From Eledone cirrhosa (lineage: Eukaryota), in contig OZ024753.1 in NCBI GenBank assembly GCA_964016885.1, positions 38,440,001 to 38,504,000 on the forward strand: 64,000 nucleotides of DNA, read 5' to 3'. This document shows, piece after piece, positions 1 to 14,515 of this stretch. Below the pieces are notes generated by a model that saw nothing but the letters and a program-made list of their open reading frames with translations, was not told the DNA's origin and did not search any database. How positions within the stretch are numbered: position 1 is the stretch's first letter; each line of letters starts with the position of its first letter. Both the position numbers and the translations under genes were made by a program.

Positions 1-60
1 ACGTAACTATGCTGGAAAGCATGGCGTCCGACCCTCTACTGATACTGCCAATCCAACGCC
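1..60 (-). mobile_element. 5' head of Nin-type tRNA-derived SINE (runs off window edge)
   Basis: Reverse complement ggcgttggattggcagtatcagtagagggtcggacgccatgc matches the heads of the copies at 89, 50077 and 61588. Confidence 0.8.
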
Positions 61-88
61 TAATTTATTAATTAATTATCTTAATTAA

Positions 89-280
89 AGGTGGTGAATT
101 GGCAGTATCGGTAGAGGATTGGCCGTCATGCATTCTAGCATAGTTACGCCCCATTACGGTCTGAGTTCAAATCCCGTCGAGGTTAACTTTGCCTTTCATC
201 CTTACGGGGTCGATAAAATAAAGTACCAGTAATATACTTACTAGGTAATTGCTGGCCTTGTGCCAAAACGTAGAAACAAT
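89..280 (+). mobile_element. Nin-type tRNA-derived SINE, full length with target-site duplication
   Basis: A-box-like tggcagtatcgg, B box gagttcaaatccc, central actttgcctttcatccttacggggtcgataaaataaagtaccag; 15-bp TSD aattatcttaattaa (74-88) / aattgtcttaattaa (278-292). Confidence 0.85.
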
Positions 281-510
281 TGTCTTAATTAATATCTATT
301 TCTTTGCCAAAATGAAACCGCGGTATTAGCACGAATTTATAGGTGAAATTATATTTTTATTTTAAAATGTAATTTTTGCTTACTTATAACTTTTAATATA
401 CTATAAATTTTTACACCTAAATATAATTTTTGAAAAATGAAACTCTACAAATTATAGTTTTGAGCTATTTAAGTTGTAATATGAGTGAAATTGTTTTATT
501 TTAGTCTATT

Positions 511-568
<58 letters not shown>

Positions 569-573
<5 letters not shown>

Positions 574-1298
574 TATGAAGAGAGAAGAAACATTTAGATA
601 TAATTAGTAATAAAATGTATCATACCTAAACTGTTCCTAAATTCCTCGACTACGTAGTTTCGTGGCATAAACAAAAACAATATATCAAAGATATAGAGTC
701 CTTGCGAGGTCTGCCGACTTATCAAGAGGATACCTCATTTTACTAGTCTCAAGAACGCGTCTACACGACGTGAGAAAGAATCCCAAAAGGCGGAGGGGGA
801 GATAGTCACGCGATATAACGGTCGAGAAACAGAGCTAAGCCTCTTATAACCACGAAGAAAATACCACGGAGGCGGAGGGGGTATTCATATCGAGGCCGCA
901 GAAGAGGTAGTGAAGAAGGCGAGAAGTATGAGTAATGGAAGCTTTCCAGTTGTCCCCACACTTCAAAGATTGCTCGACCAGAGGGAGTTATTAATATATT
1001 TATAAACACACAGATACATGCGGACACACACATATATACATGAATGCATCCGCACCCAACTGTGAGTTAAGGGTGCCAACTTCACCGATGTTGCTCAATG
1101 AATGACTGGGACAGACCAATTCAGTTTGAACTAGACTGAACCAGTATCAGAGTTAAAAATACATTATGAAGAGAGAAGAAACATTTAGATATAATTAGTA
1201 ATAAAATGTATCATACCTAAACTGTTCCTAAATTCCTACAGTTGGGTGCGGATGCATTCATGTATATATGTGTGTGACCGCATGTATCTGTGTGTTTC

Positions 1299-1307
<9 letters not shown>
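569..1307 (-). mobile_element. Non-autonomous HHR-bearing retroelement (retrozyme/Penelope-like), 591-nt unit plus partial repeat and 5' inversion, inserted in (TA)n
   Basis: Direct repeat 569-646 = 1160-1237; inverted repeat 994-1063 vs 1238-1307; HHR at 643-730; (TA)n on both sides. Confidence 0.75.
643..730 (-). ncRNA. Type I hammerhead ribozyme, U3:A8 core variant
   Basis: Minus strand: tcctc TTGATAA gtcggca...tgccac GAAA ctacgtag TC gagga. Stem I tcctc/gagga, stem II gt(c)ggca/tgccac, palindromic stem III actacgtagt, GUC cleavage triplet. Confidence 0.75.
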
Positions 1308-1354
<47 letters not shown>

Positions 1355-1513
1355 CAATATCGGAGAAAGCTTTTTAGCGATACTCCGGCCAAATTCCAAC
1401 TCACTCAACAAACATTAGGAAATAAGCGATTATATTCCCAATTATGCGTTCGGGATGCTAACTAAAAGGTATTGCTTGGTAAATTGGCTGTATTATTTCA
1501 TATGAGACATATC

Positions 1514-1582
<69 letters not shown>

Positions 1583-1737
1583 ATTATCCTAGATGCAGTA
1601 ATGGTTAATTACTACACTGGAGATGGTTGACGTACGGTGAGAGGTTACTCAACGAGTTATGGAAGAATTGTTGAAGAAACTTAGTTCCTGATCCTTCTGT
1701 ATTCCGGAGTTATGATGTCTACCTGTTATTATTCATT

Positions 1738-1818
<81 letters not shown>

Positions 1819-1870
1819 TAGTATCACAATAGTTAGTTCACCATATACCGACAACAAATGTTTCACCTTG

Positions 1871-1926
<56 letters not shown>

Positions 1927-1927
1927 T

Positions 1928-1975
<48 letters not shown>

Positions 1976-1984
1976 GTATATTTG

Positions 1985-2047
<63 letters not shown>

Positions 2048-2161
2048 CTCCACCTCTTCCTCATCATCAACATCACCGTCATCATGACTTAATTTAATTT
2101 TAAATTTATTTCAAATATATATACATCATACACACACACACACACGCGCAGACACGCACGC

Positions 2162-2239
<78 letters not shown>

Positions 2240-2397
2240 CAGTTTCTTGTATATTCCCGTGTCCCAGCTAATAAGGCTGAATTATGGTCGTCATCTCCCA
2301 AGAAGAATGGTTGGAACAGTACAATAAATCTTATAAGAGACAGAAAATTTATGACGAAGTTTTATCCACCACGTTCTAGTAAAATTCATCTTAGAAT

Positions 2398-2464
2398 TTG
2401 CTGTTGCTGATGTTGTTACTGTTGTTGTTGTTGCTGTTGTTGTTGTTGTTGTTGCTGTTGCTGC

Positions 2465-2516
<52 letters not shown>

Positions 2517-2635
2517 GCTGTTGTTGTTGATGTTGTTGATGTTGTTGCTGTAGTTGTTGGTGTTGTTATTGATGTTGCTGTTGTTGTTGTTGTTGTTGCT
2601 GCTGTTGTTGCTGTTGTTGTTGTTGCTGTTGTTGC

Positions 2636-2666
<31 letters not shown>

Positions 2667-3024
2667 GCTGTTGCTGCTGTTGTTGTTGTTGTTGTTGTTG
2701 TTGCTGTTGTTGTTGATGTTGTTGATGTTGTTGCTGTTGTTGTTGGTGTTGTTATTGATGTTGCTGCAGTTGTTGTTGTTGTTATTGATGTTGCTGTAGT
2801 TGTTGTTGTTGTTATTGATGTTGCTGTTGTTGTTGTTGCTGTTGTTGCTGTTGTTGTTGCTGTTGTTGCTGGTGTTGTTGTTGATGTTGTTGTTGTTGTT
2901 GCTGTTGTTGTTGGTGTTGTTATGGATGTTGCTGTTGTTGTTGTTGTTGTTGCTGCTGTTGTTGTTGCTGTTGTTGCTGTTGCTGCTGTTGTTGTTGCTG
3001 TTGTTGTTGTTGCTGTTGTTGTTA
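2398..3024. repeat. (TTG/CTG)n trinucleotide tract
   Basis: Directly visible. Confidence 0.95.
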
Positions 3025-3082
3025 TTAATAAATAAATAAAATTTGGTCTTGTTTTCTTTCATCAACAACACACCAGCATGGC

Positions 3083-3944
3083 CACACCACCCCTGTCACC
3101 CCTGTCACCCCTGTCACCACTGTCACCACTGCCACCACTGCCACCACTACCACTACTATCACTACTACCACCACCATCCTCACCACCACCACCACCACCA
3201 CTATCACCACTATCACCACTATCACCACCACCACCACCACCACCACCACCACCACCACCACCACCACCACCACCACCACCACCACTATCACCACTATCAC
3301 CACTATCACCACCACCACCACTACCACCACCACCACCACCTCCACCACCACCACCACCACTATCACAACCACCACCACCACCACCACCACCACCACCACC
3401 ACCACCACCACCACCACCACCACCACCACCACCACCACCACCACCACCACTATCACCACTATCACCACTATCACCACCACCACTACCACCACCACCACCA
3501 CCTCCACCACCACCACCACCACTATCACAACCACCACCACCACCACCACCACCACCACCACCACCACCACCACCACCACCACCACCACCACCACTATCAC
3601 CACTATCACCACTATCACCACCACCACTACCACCACCACCACCACCTCCACCACCACCACCACCACTATCACAACCACCACTACCACCACCACCACCACC
3701 ACCACCACCACCACCAACACCACCATTGCCATGAACACTACCACCTTCACCAACACCATCACCTCTTCCAATATTAGTCCCCCCCCCCTCCACCGTAAAC
3801 ATTGCTGCCACCTCTCCCTCCACCAACACTACCAACATCACCACGTTCGTCATCATCATCACCATCATCACCACCATCACCGCCATCATAATCATCGCCA
3901 TCACCACCATCATCATCATCATCACCACCGTCATCATCATCATC

Positions 3945-3975
<31 letters not shown>

Positions 3976-4376
3976 CCATCACCACCGTCATCATCACCAT
4001 CATCATCATCATCATCATCACCAGCGTCATCATCATCACCACCGTCATCACCATCATCATCATCATCGTCTCTATCATCACCTCCACTACCTAAGTCTCA
4101 CTCCACCCTCAAACACTATCACCAACACCACCACCACCATAAAAACCAAAGCCTCCCCCACCCTTAAACTACAATCATCATCAACATCATTATCATCTTC
4201 GTTCTCGCTTTCTTTCTCTCTTTCCCTCTTCCTTTCTCTCTTCCTTTCTCTCTTTCTTTCCTTCGTTCTATATTTCTTTCTTTCTTTCTTTCTATCTTTC
4301 TATATTTCTTTCTTTCTTTCTTTCCTTCTTTCTATATTTCTTTCTTTCTATACTTCTTTCTTTCGTTCTCTCTATT

Positions 4377-4444
<68 letters not shown>

Positions 4445-4490
4445 TCATTCTTTCTTTCGTTCTCTCTTTCCTCCTTTCCTTCCATTGAAA
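3083..4490. repeat. Compound (CCA)n, (CAT)n and (TTTC)n tracts with higher-order repetition in the CCA block
   Basis: Directly visible; ctatcacca/cctcca/tcacaacca interruptions recur in the same order. Confidence 0.95.
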
Positions 4491-4979
4491 GATTGAATTA
4501 GAAATAATGCCGACCAGACTCATGAATAATAATCAATTTTAGAAAAAAAAACGAAAACAAACACACACCAAAAAACCAACAAACAACCAAAGAAAACAAA
4601 ACAAAAAGCAACAAACAACTAACAACAAAACAAACAACAAAATTTAGCAAAAACAAACACAACAAAAACACACAAAATACATACAAAACACATAAAACAA
4701 ACACAACAAAAAAAAACATATTTTAAAATATTCATATTTTAACATGTTTGCCTTATTTTTAGTTTATTCTTATTAAAACTTTTTCTAGAAATATATTTCT
4801 TTATATTTTAACTGTGTTGATTTTCCTGTGTCTTTTATATATTCAGGACATCATTTTTAGCCAATATTTTCTGCTTCTTTTAAAACTTAGACCTCGTTTC
4901 TTCCATTTTTCTATATTTTACTAATAATTTAAAAATTTCTACACGATACTTCTTCTCATTTTTCACTTACATCCTGTGT

Positions 4980-5377
4980 GGGTTTGTATATGTATGTATA
5001 AATGTATGTTTGTATGTATGTATGTATGTATGTATGTATGTATGTATGTATGTATGTATGTATGTATGTATGTATGTATGTATGTATGTGTATGTATGTG
5101 TAGATGTATGTATGTGTGTATGCATTTGTGCATGTATGTATGTGTGTGTATGTATGTATGTGTGTATGTATTTATGTATGTGTATATAGGTGCGTGTGTA
5201 TGTCTGCATGTATTTGTGTATGTATGCATGTGCATGTATATCTATCTATGTATCTATCTATCTATCTATCTATCTATATATATATATGTGTGTGTGAGTG
5301 TGTGTGTGTCTGTGTGTCTGTGTGTCTGTATTATTTATGTATGTGAATATGAGTGCATTTATGTGTGCATGCATGTA

Positions 5378-5416
<39 letters not shown>

Positions 5417-5435
5417 CTGTTTACCTAGATATTTA

Positions 5436-5529
<94 letters not shown>

Positions 5530-7078
5530 TATGTATGCAAGTATGTATATGTATTTATGTCTGTATGTGTACGTATACAAGAATGTATAGATGTGACTGT
5601 GAATGTTTATGTATGAATATATGTGTATGTATATGTGTAAGTGTGTGTGTGTGTGCATGTGTATGCGTCTGTACGTGTGTGGTAGAGAGCCGGGATAAAA
5701 CGAAAAATCTTTCTTTATGGTTAAGGCTATGGATTCAAAATATATTTATAATTTTTACGAAAGGAGTTGAAATTTCTTGCTAAAGGATTAGAGTGGTTTT
5801 AAAATATACCATAACCGCCGTCACCGCCACCGCCACCGCCACCAGCACCAACACCAGCACCAGCACCACCACCGTCACCAGCACCAGCACCACCACCGTC
5901 ACCATCACCGCCATCACCACCACCATCACCAGCACCACCACCACCATCACCACCAACACTACCATCACCATCACCGCCATCACCACCACCATCACCGCCA
6001 TCACCACCACCGTTCACCAGCACCAGCACCACCAGCACCACCATCACCACCACCACTACCACCACCATCACCGCCATCACCACCACAAGCACCAGCACCA
6101 GCACTAGCACCAACACCAGCACCACCACCAACACCACCACCACAAACAACACCACCAACACCACCACCACAAACAACACCAACATCACCACCATCGCCAT
6201 CACCAGCACCAGGACCAGCACCAACACCAGCACCGCCATCACCACCACCAGCACCACCATCACCAGCACCACCAGCACCACCATCACCACCACCACTACC
6301 ATCACAATCACCGCCATCACCACCACCATCACCAGCACTAGCACTAGCACCAACACCAGCACCACCAGCACAAGCAGCACCATCACTACCACAATCACCA
6401 CCACCAACACCACCAGCACAAACAACACCACCAACACCACCACCACAAACAACACCAACATCACCACCACCACCATCACCAGCACCAGCACCAACACCAG
6501 CACCACCATCACCACCACCAACACCAACACCACCACCACAAACAACACCAACACCACCACCACCAGCATCAGCATCAGCACCAACCTCCCCTCACCCCAC
6601 CGACCCCCTACCATCACAACAACAACAAATAAAAATCCATAGTAAAAAATAAATATATAGAATATATATGCAAATTTTTGGGTTACAGAAAAATAGACCC
6701 CCCCCCCCTCCTCTAAAATAAACAAACCATTCAGTCCTACGTATGTATGTATGTATGTGTGTATGTGTGTATGTATGTGTGTATGTGTGTATGTATGTGT
6801 GTATGTATGTTTGTATGTATGTGTGTATGTATGTATGTATGTAAGTATATATGTATGTATGTATATGTGTATGTATGTATGTATGTATGTATGTATGTAT
6901 GTATGTATGTATGTGTGTATGTATGCACGTACATAAATACATACCTACATGTAAATTATATGTACACACACATTCTCTCTGTCCCGCTCTCTCTCTCCTT
7001 TTCTCTCTCTCCCCCTGACTCTCTCTCTCTCTCTTTATATATATATACAAATATATATATATGTATACATATATCCAA

Positions 7079-7130
<52 letters not shown>

Positions 7131-7167
7131 TTGGATATGTGTATACATATATATATATATATTTGTA

Positions 7168-7213
<46 letters not shown>

Positions 7214-7255
7214 AATATATATATATATACATATATATATATATTTGTATATATG

Positions 7256-7288
<33 letters not shown>

Positions 7289-7303
7289 ATATATATATAT
7301 TGG

Positions 7304-7335
<32 letters not shown>

Positions 7336-7436
7336 CATACATATATATATATATATATATTGGTATATATATATATATATATATATATTGGTATATATAT
7401 ATATATATATATATACATACACTCATATATATATAC

Positions 7437-7523
<87 letters not shown>

Positions 7524-7527
7524 TTGG

Positions 7528-7559
<32 letters not shown>

Positions 7560-7587
7560 CATATATATATATATATATATACATACA

Positions 7588-7639
<52 letters not shown>

Positions 7640-7647
7640 CATACACA

Positions 7648-7681
<34 letters not shown>

Positions 7682-7726
7682 CATATACATATATATATAT
7701 ACATATATATATATACATATATATAT

Positions 7727-7777
<51 letters not shown>

Positions 7778-7802
7778 CACATATATATATATATATATAT
7801 AT
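4980..7802. repeat. Compound (TATG)n, (CCA/GCA)n and long (TA)n microsatellites
   Basis: Directly visible; short unique spacers in between. Confidence 0.9.
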
Positions 7803-8168
7803 CACCTCCCAACCATCAATTAAATATAAGCAATGTCTATAAGATGACCCCCCTTACCGTCCTTTTCCTCCCCTCAAAACTAAAACAAAACAAACACTAT
7901 ACACAAACTCAACGACATGACAGAGAGTGAATGAATACTAGCCCCTCCCCCATCCCTCGCCCTCCTCTCCCCACTCCTCATTACCCTCTCTCTCAGTATA
8001 TCTCTCTTTCACTCTATTTCTCTATCTTTCTCCCTCTCTATAATATATATATATTTAATGATAAAGTTTTAATCTTATGTAATCCAAGGTGCTAATCCAG
8101 TTGCACAATCACGAGCCCCATGCGTCTACCTTATACATACATCATATAAATATATTTATATGTATATA

Positions 8169-8252
<84 letters not shown>

Positions 8253-8340
8253 TATACATATAAATATATTTATATTTATATATATGTATATATGTATATA
8301 TATATACTTATATATACATATAAATATATTTATATGTATA

Positions 8341-8424
<84 letters not shown>

Positions 8425-8643
8425 TAGATATATATATATACATATATATATATAATATAATATTATATTATATATATATATATATCTATATATATATATA
8501 ATATAATATAATATTATATATATATATATCCGAGTGTGTTATATATTATATAACACAAACATATACTATATTATATTATATAATATATATATAAATGCAT
8601 ATATGTATATATATATATAGCACCAATCCTAATATATATATAT

Positions 8644-8742
<99 letters not shown>

Positions 8743-8878
8743 AATATATATACTAATGCAGGTCACAACGTATCTGAGAAGATTTAAGAGAAATTTATAC
8801 AATTATGATTGCAGGTTATGCATTAGAAGCCTCGCTGTGAAATGAAGGAAACGTAAATATTTTCCACTGTACATAGAA

Positions 8879-8944
8879 AATCATATAAGACTATCCTTAC
8901 GCGTTTCAGATATTATTATCTCCTCATCACATACTCTTATGATT
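8879..8944 (-). ncRNA. Decayed type I hammerhead motif
   Basis: Minus strand: GTGATGA g gagata ataa tatct GAAA cgcg TA; palindromic ACGCGT stem III; C3 and proximal stem I damaged, distal stem aatcat..aaga/tctt..atgatt retained. Confidence 0.5.
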
Positions 8945-9044
8945 CTGTTGATCTTTCCGCTATTACAAACTAGAAGGCAGTGATAAGCACCGGCCTGGTG
9001 AGCCTCTGGGCTCGAAACAGACTTTAGACCTTATTTAGAGTAAA

Positions 9045-9170
9045 GTGAAGGCGTGTGGCTTAGTGGTTAGATATTTGGATCCCCAATCGTGAGGTTGTGA
9101 GTTCGATTCCTGGACCGAGCGATGCGTTATGTCCTTGAGCAAGACACTTTATTTCACGTTGCTCCTTCCA
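9045..9170 (+). mobile_element. CORE-type tRNA-derived SINE, 5' part
   Basis: A box tggcttagtgg, B box gagttcgattcc, core gtccttgagcaagacactt. Confidence 0.8.
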
Positions 9171-9271
9171 GCTGGAGTTGCGACCGACAGATAGTATTAG
9201 CAATTGGAAAGACCAATGGAAACATTATTTCCTTGGTCCGATTTGACGAAAGTCGATCGTTCCTTAGAGTA

Positions 9272-9608
9272 AAGTCACGTGGCTTAGTGGTTAGAGGTGT
9301 TCGGCTGATGATGGTAAATACATGAGTTCGATTACTGGTGGTGCATTGCGTCCTTGAGCAAAGAACTTTATTTCAAGTGGCTCCAGTCCACTGAACTGAC
9401 AAATAATACGTTGTTTCGTTGTTTCTGTAATTCAAAAGGCCATCTTTGTCATTGTGTGTGCCACACTGATTCTCCCTGAGGACTACGTAAAGGGTACTCA
9501 TGTCTGTGTAATTGTCAGTGAATTTTTCATTAAAGCATGCTGTTTCGTTGGTCTGTTCTGTTCGAATAACTGGAATACTCGTCGTCGGAACTGACGGAGA
9601 TCCAGCAT
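9272..9608 (+). mobile_element. CORE-type tRNA-derived SINE, near full length, diverged
   Basis: tggcttagtggttag, gagttcgatt, gtccttgagcaaagaactt; 3' part homologous to the reverse complement of 61980-62310. Confidence 0.8.
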
Positions 9609-10048
9609 CATAAGTTTTAAGGATACATGTGAACTAAAATGGCTTCGAGTGCTAATTGAAAACCAGACTACAGCGCCATCTGGCCGTAAGCTTGTTTCTT
9701 CTTACTCCATGACGCTCGTCACTGATATTGACGAACGATTAAGAATTATTTCCAAAACGAAAACAACAAAAGACAAACAGACAAACAAACTATGAACAAC
9801 AAACAAACAAACAAACAAACAAATATATGAAGAAACACGTCTCTGTTGGCCATAATAAGCTTTTCATGTGCCTGTCATAACTACTTGGACAGCTGTGTGT
9901 GCCATGCAAACTGGGCTGTTTTGTCAGCCATGATGGATGAATAAAACCTGTAGTAGCTTGTTAAAAGAAGCAGCTTGCAGAATATATATATATATTAGTC
10001 TTTCTTTTTATCTTTCTCTTTCTCGTTCTCTCTCGTTCTCTCTTACTA

Positions 10049-10120
<72 letters not shown>

Positions 10121-10343
10121 CATTCTCTTTTTAACTCTCTCCTCACTCTCTGACTTTGTCATCTGTCTCGCCGTCTCTTTATCTTATCTCTCTCTATCTC
10201 TCTAGCTCTCTCTCCCCCGTCTCTCTCTCTTTCCTTCTCTCCGTCACTCTCTATCTCTCTCTCTCTCTCCATCTCTCTCCCCGTCTCTCTCTATCTCTCT
10301 CTCTTTCCCCTATCCTACCTCCTTGTCTCGCAGTCTCTTTATC

Positions 10344-10392
<49 letters not shown>

Positions 10393-10407
10393 TCTCTCTT
10401 CCTGTCT

Positions 10408-10466
<59 letters not shown>

Positions 10467-10988
10467 TCTCTATCTCTCTCTTTCTTCCCCCCCTACCCAG
10501 TCTCCTCATCTAGCTATATCTCTCCTGTATATATCTGGTGTCATATCAACAAGATATACATATTAAAGAAAATGTTAGAGATGCTAAAGGTGTTTTCAGT
10601 ACATCTCCTGGTGGAGTTGAACTATCTACAGCTTAGACGATACCGATCAAGTGCTGATCAAGACACGCGCTGGTCATTGTTTTTTCCCTTTGGACCAAGC
10701 AATATCGTGTCCTAAAGTATTTTACTTTCCGTGTCCAATAAAGCCGACAAACTCAACACAAAATCCTAATTCGAATGAAATATTCAGGCGAAATATCGAA
10801 GGGTTTGTAAAGTGAGAGATGCGCTAACAACTCTATCATTTTACTGCCATATTGTTGTATGAATTATAATTAAGAATTTTCTAGAAGGTTTTTTTTTTAT
10901 TATTATTTATTTGTTTCTGTTTCTATTGGTTGTTTTGTTGTTTTGTTGTTTTGTTGTTTGGTTTGTTGGTAGTAGTCAGAAATGTTGA

Positions 10989-11114
<126 letters not shown>

Positions 11115-11167
11115 GTATATATGTATATATGTATATATGTATATGTATATATATATGTATGTATATA

Positions 11168-11231
<64 letters not shown>

Positions 11232-11796
11232 AGTGTAGGTGTGTGTATGTGTCTATATGTGCGTGTATGTGTGTGTATGAGTATGTTTGAGTATGCATGT
11301 GTATGTATGTGTGTGTAGATGTATGTATACGCCTGTATACTTATGTATGTGTATATGTGGGCATATGTATGTGTAAGCTTGTGTATGTCTGTATGTGTAT
11401 GTCTATGTATGTCTATGTATGTCTATGTATGTCTATGTATGTCTATATATGTCTATGTATGTGTGTGTATGTGTATATGTATGTCTATGTATGTATGTGT
11501 ATGTGTATATGTATGTATGTGTATGTGTATATGTATGTCTATGTATGTATGTGTATGTGTATATGTATGTCTATGTATGTATGTGTATGTGTATATGTAT
11601 GTATGTGTATGTGTATATGTATGTCTATGTATGTATGTGTATGTGTATATGTATGTCTATGTATGTATGTGCTGCTATCAAAGAGGACTTTATGTTAATA
11701 TAAAACACAACAACAATAAAACACAACACAAACACAAAACAAACACAAAAAAGAAAACTGAAGGAGGAACTTGATTTTATGTATCGAATGGGAATA

Positions 11797-12130
11797 ATGG
11801 CGGTGAATTGGGAGAATCGGTAGAGCGTCAGATAGAATGTTTTGTAGTATTTGTTTCAACTCTCTGCTCTCTAAGTTCAAATCTCGTCGAAGTCAGCTTT
11901 ACCTTTCATCCATTCGAAGTCGACAAGAAAAGTACCAGTCTAGTACTGGGGTCGATTCTTCTTTCAATATCTCTCTCCTACATATCTCTCTCACTCATTC
12001 TCTATCCTCCTCTGGAAGAAATCTACTGTATTCAAACCTGGAGAGGAGATGTGGGTTCCATCAGGTTTTAAAATACCCAAGAAACCCCGTATGTCAATAT
12101 GGCGCCCCACCGACTTCAACAGGAGTTATG
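11797..12130 (+). mobile_element. Nin-type SINE subfamily with extended 3' tail
   Basis: Head ggcggtgaattgggagaatcgg, core ctttacctttcatccattcgaagtcgac...gtaccagt; tail shared with 44650-44915 and 63260-63500. Confidence 0.75.
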
Positions 12131-12294
12131 CGACTGTCACAATGGTAAATGAATTATTAGAACGTCTACGTTCTTATTTTAAATCTCGCTGAACTCAACG
12201 TTGCTCTCCATTCTATTCTTTCAAGGTCAGTAAATATAGTACCAGTCAAATACTGAGAGATGATCAATCTCCTGCCCCCTCTCTCTCTATATAT

Positions 12295-12394
12295 AGAGGG
12301 CGTCCAAAAAATGTATACACAATTTGATTGCCTGTATAGGCAATATTTCTTCGAATGCTGTTGAAGTATGTATACATTTTTGGGGGACATCCTA
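12295..12394. mobile_element. Tc1/mariner-type MITE (about 100 bp)
   Basis: Imperfect terminal inverted repeats gagggcgtccaaaaaatgtataca / tgtatacatttttgggggacatcct, flanked by TA; resembles CAGGGTGTCCCAAAA-type TIRs. Confidence 0.65.
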
Positions 12395-12564
12395 TATATA
12401 TTATTTTTCTTTTTTCTTTCACTCCATCGATGGATGGAATGTTACGTTGATGAAAACTGTGCCTTTGGATCCCCTTCTTCCAGGTTTCTGACAAAATAAA
12501 ATGTTTGCTAATGTTCAGCTAAATTGAGTTAGGACCCATAACATAAAACACATTCTTTTATTCT

Positions 12565-12700
12565 TTTAATTAATTGTTTCAGTTATTAGATTATGACTAT
12601 GCTAGGACACTAGTTTGAAGGCGGTTTGTTGATTATGTCAAGCGCAGTACTTATTTTACCAATCTCTTTTTGTCGGACTGCTAAGTTACGGAACATATAA
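12565..12700 (-). mobile_element. Old SINE remnant
   Basis: Degenerate ttgtttcagttattagattatgactatgct...ctcttttgtcggactgctaagttacgg, recognised from memory as a cephalopod SINE. Confidence 0.5.
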
Positions 12701-12844
12701 TTGATGGATATCTATACCATAAAGTACATATGTTGTATACATGTACCAGGAATGTCTTTTGTTGTTTCCATTCTAAACACACACATACATATATATACAT
12801 TTATACATGTAACAAATTAGTTGTTTATATATATATATATATAG

Positions 12845-13072
<228 letters not shown>

Positions 13073-13117
13073 ATATAGGTGTATATATATATAAATATAT
13101 TTATATATATATATATA

Positions 13118-13260
13118 AAGGAAAAAAGATGAAATCGAAAATGCAACTGGAGTCTTATTAAAAAAAAAATATATATATATATTTATTTGGTTCCTTTACC
13201 GGTTTCGCAGTTCTTCTGCTTTTCAAAAGTAGAGTTGAGACGGAGGGTCTGTGGTTTTTC
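13118..13260 (-). mobile_element. Short HHR-bearing element in microsatellite, copy 1 (copy 2 at 53368-53491)
   Basis: About 125-140 bp shared with 53368-53491; both embedded in (TA)n/(CA)n. Confidence 0.75.
13194..13229 (-). ncRNA. Minimal type I hammerhead ribozyme, U3:A8 variant
   Basis: Minus strand: ctt TTGAAAA gcag aagaa ctgc GAAA ccgg TA aag; palindromic ACCGGT stem III; stem I only 3 bp. Confidence 0.65.
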
Positions 13261-13281
13261 TCACACACACACACACACACA

Positions 13282-13377
<96 letters not shown>

Positions 13378-13465
13378 CACACACATACATACAGGCACAC
13401 GGTAACACACATGCACACACGCATGTATACATGTTTGTATACATTCATACATGCATACATACATA

Positions 13466-13566
<101 letters not shown>

Positions 13567-13598
13567 ATATATATATACATATATATATATACATATAT

Positions 13599-13688
<90 letters not shown>

Positions 13689-13733
13689 ATATATATATAT
13701 ATATATATATTTAAATATATATATGTATGTATG

Positions 13734-13820
<87 letters not shown>

Positions 13821-14112
13821 TACATGAGCGACATCTGAAACCACACCTAGAAATATATTTCGGAGCTGGGGGGGGGGGGATGTTAATTATCCAAATATGG
13901 CTTTCTCTTCTCACAAGGGGAGGCAAGCGAAATACCAAGACAAACAATTACATAAATAAACAGATATATAAAAATATAAATGTAAACAAACAAACGAACA
14001 AAACAAGCATAATGACAATAACAACAAGCACAACAAATACTATAAAATTAGTAAAAAAAGAGAGCAATACATACACACATACATATACACACATATATAT
14101 ATATACACACAC

Positions 14113-14222
<110 letters not shown>

Positions 14223-14313
14223 TTATATATATATATGTATATATATGTATATATATGTGTGTGTGTGTGTATATATATATATGTGTGTGTATATATGCGT
14301 GTATATATATATG

Positions 14314-14430
<117 letters not shown>

Positions 14431-14468
14431 ATGTATATATATTATATATGTGTGTGTGTGTGTGTATA

Positions 14469-14515
<47 letters not shown>

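Noticed and set aside
9051-9125. tRNA gene
   Set aside because: A and B boxes run directly into a SINE core; no acceptor stem or anticodon arm
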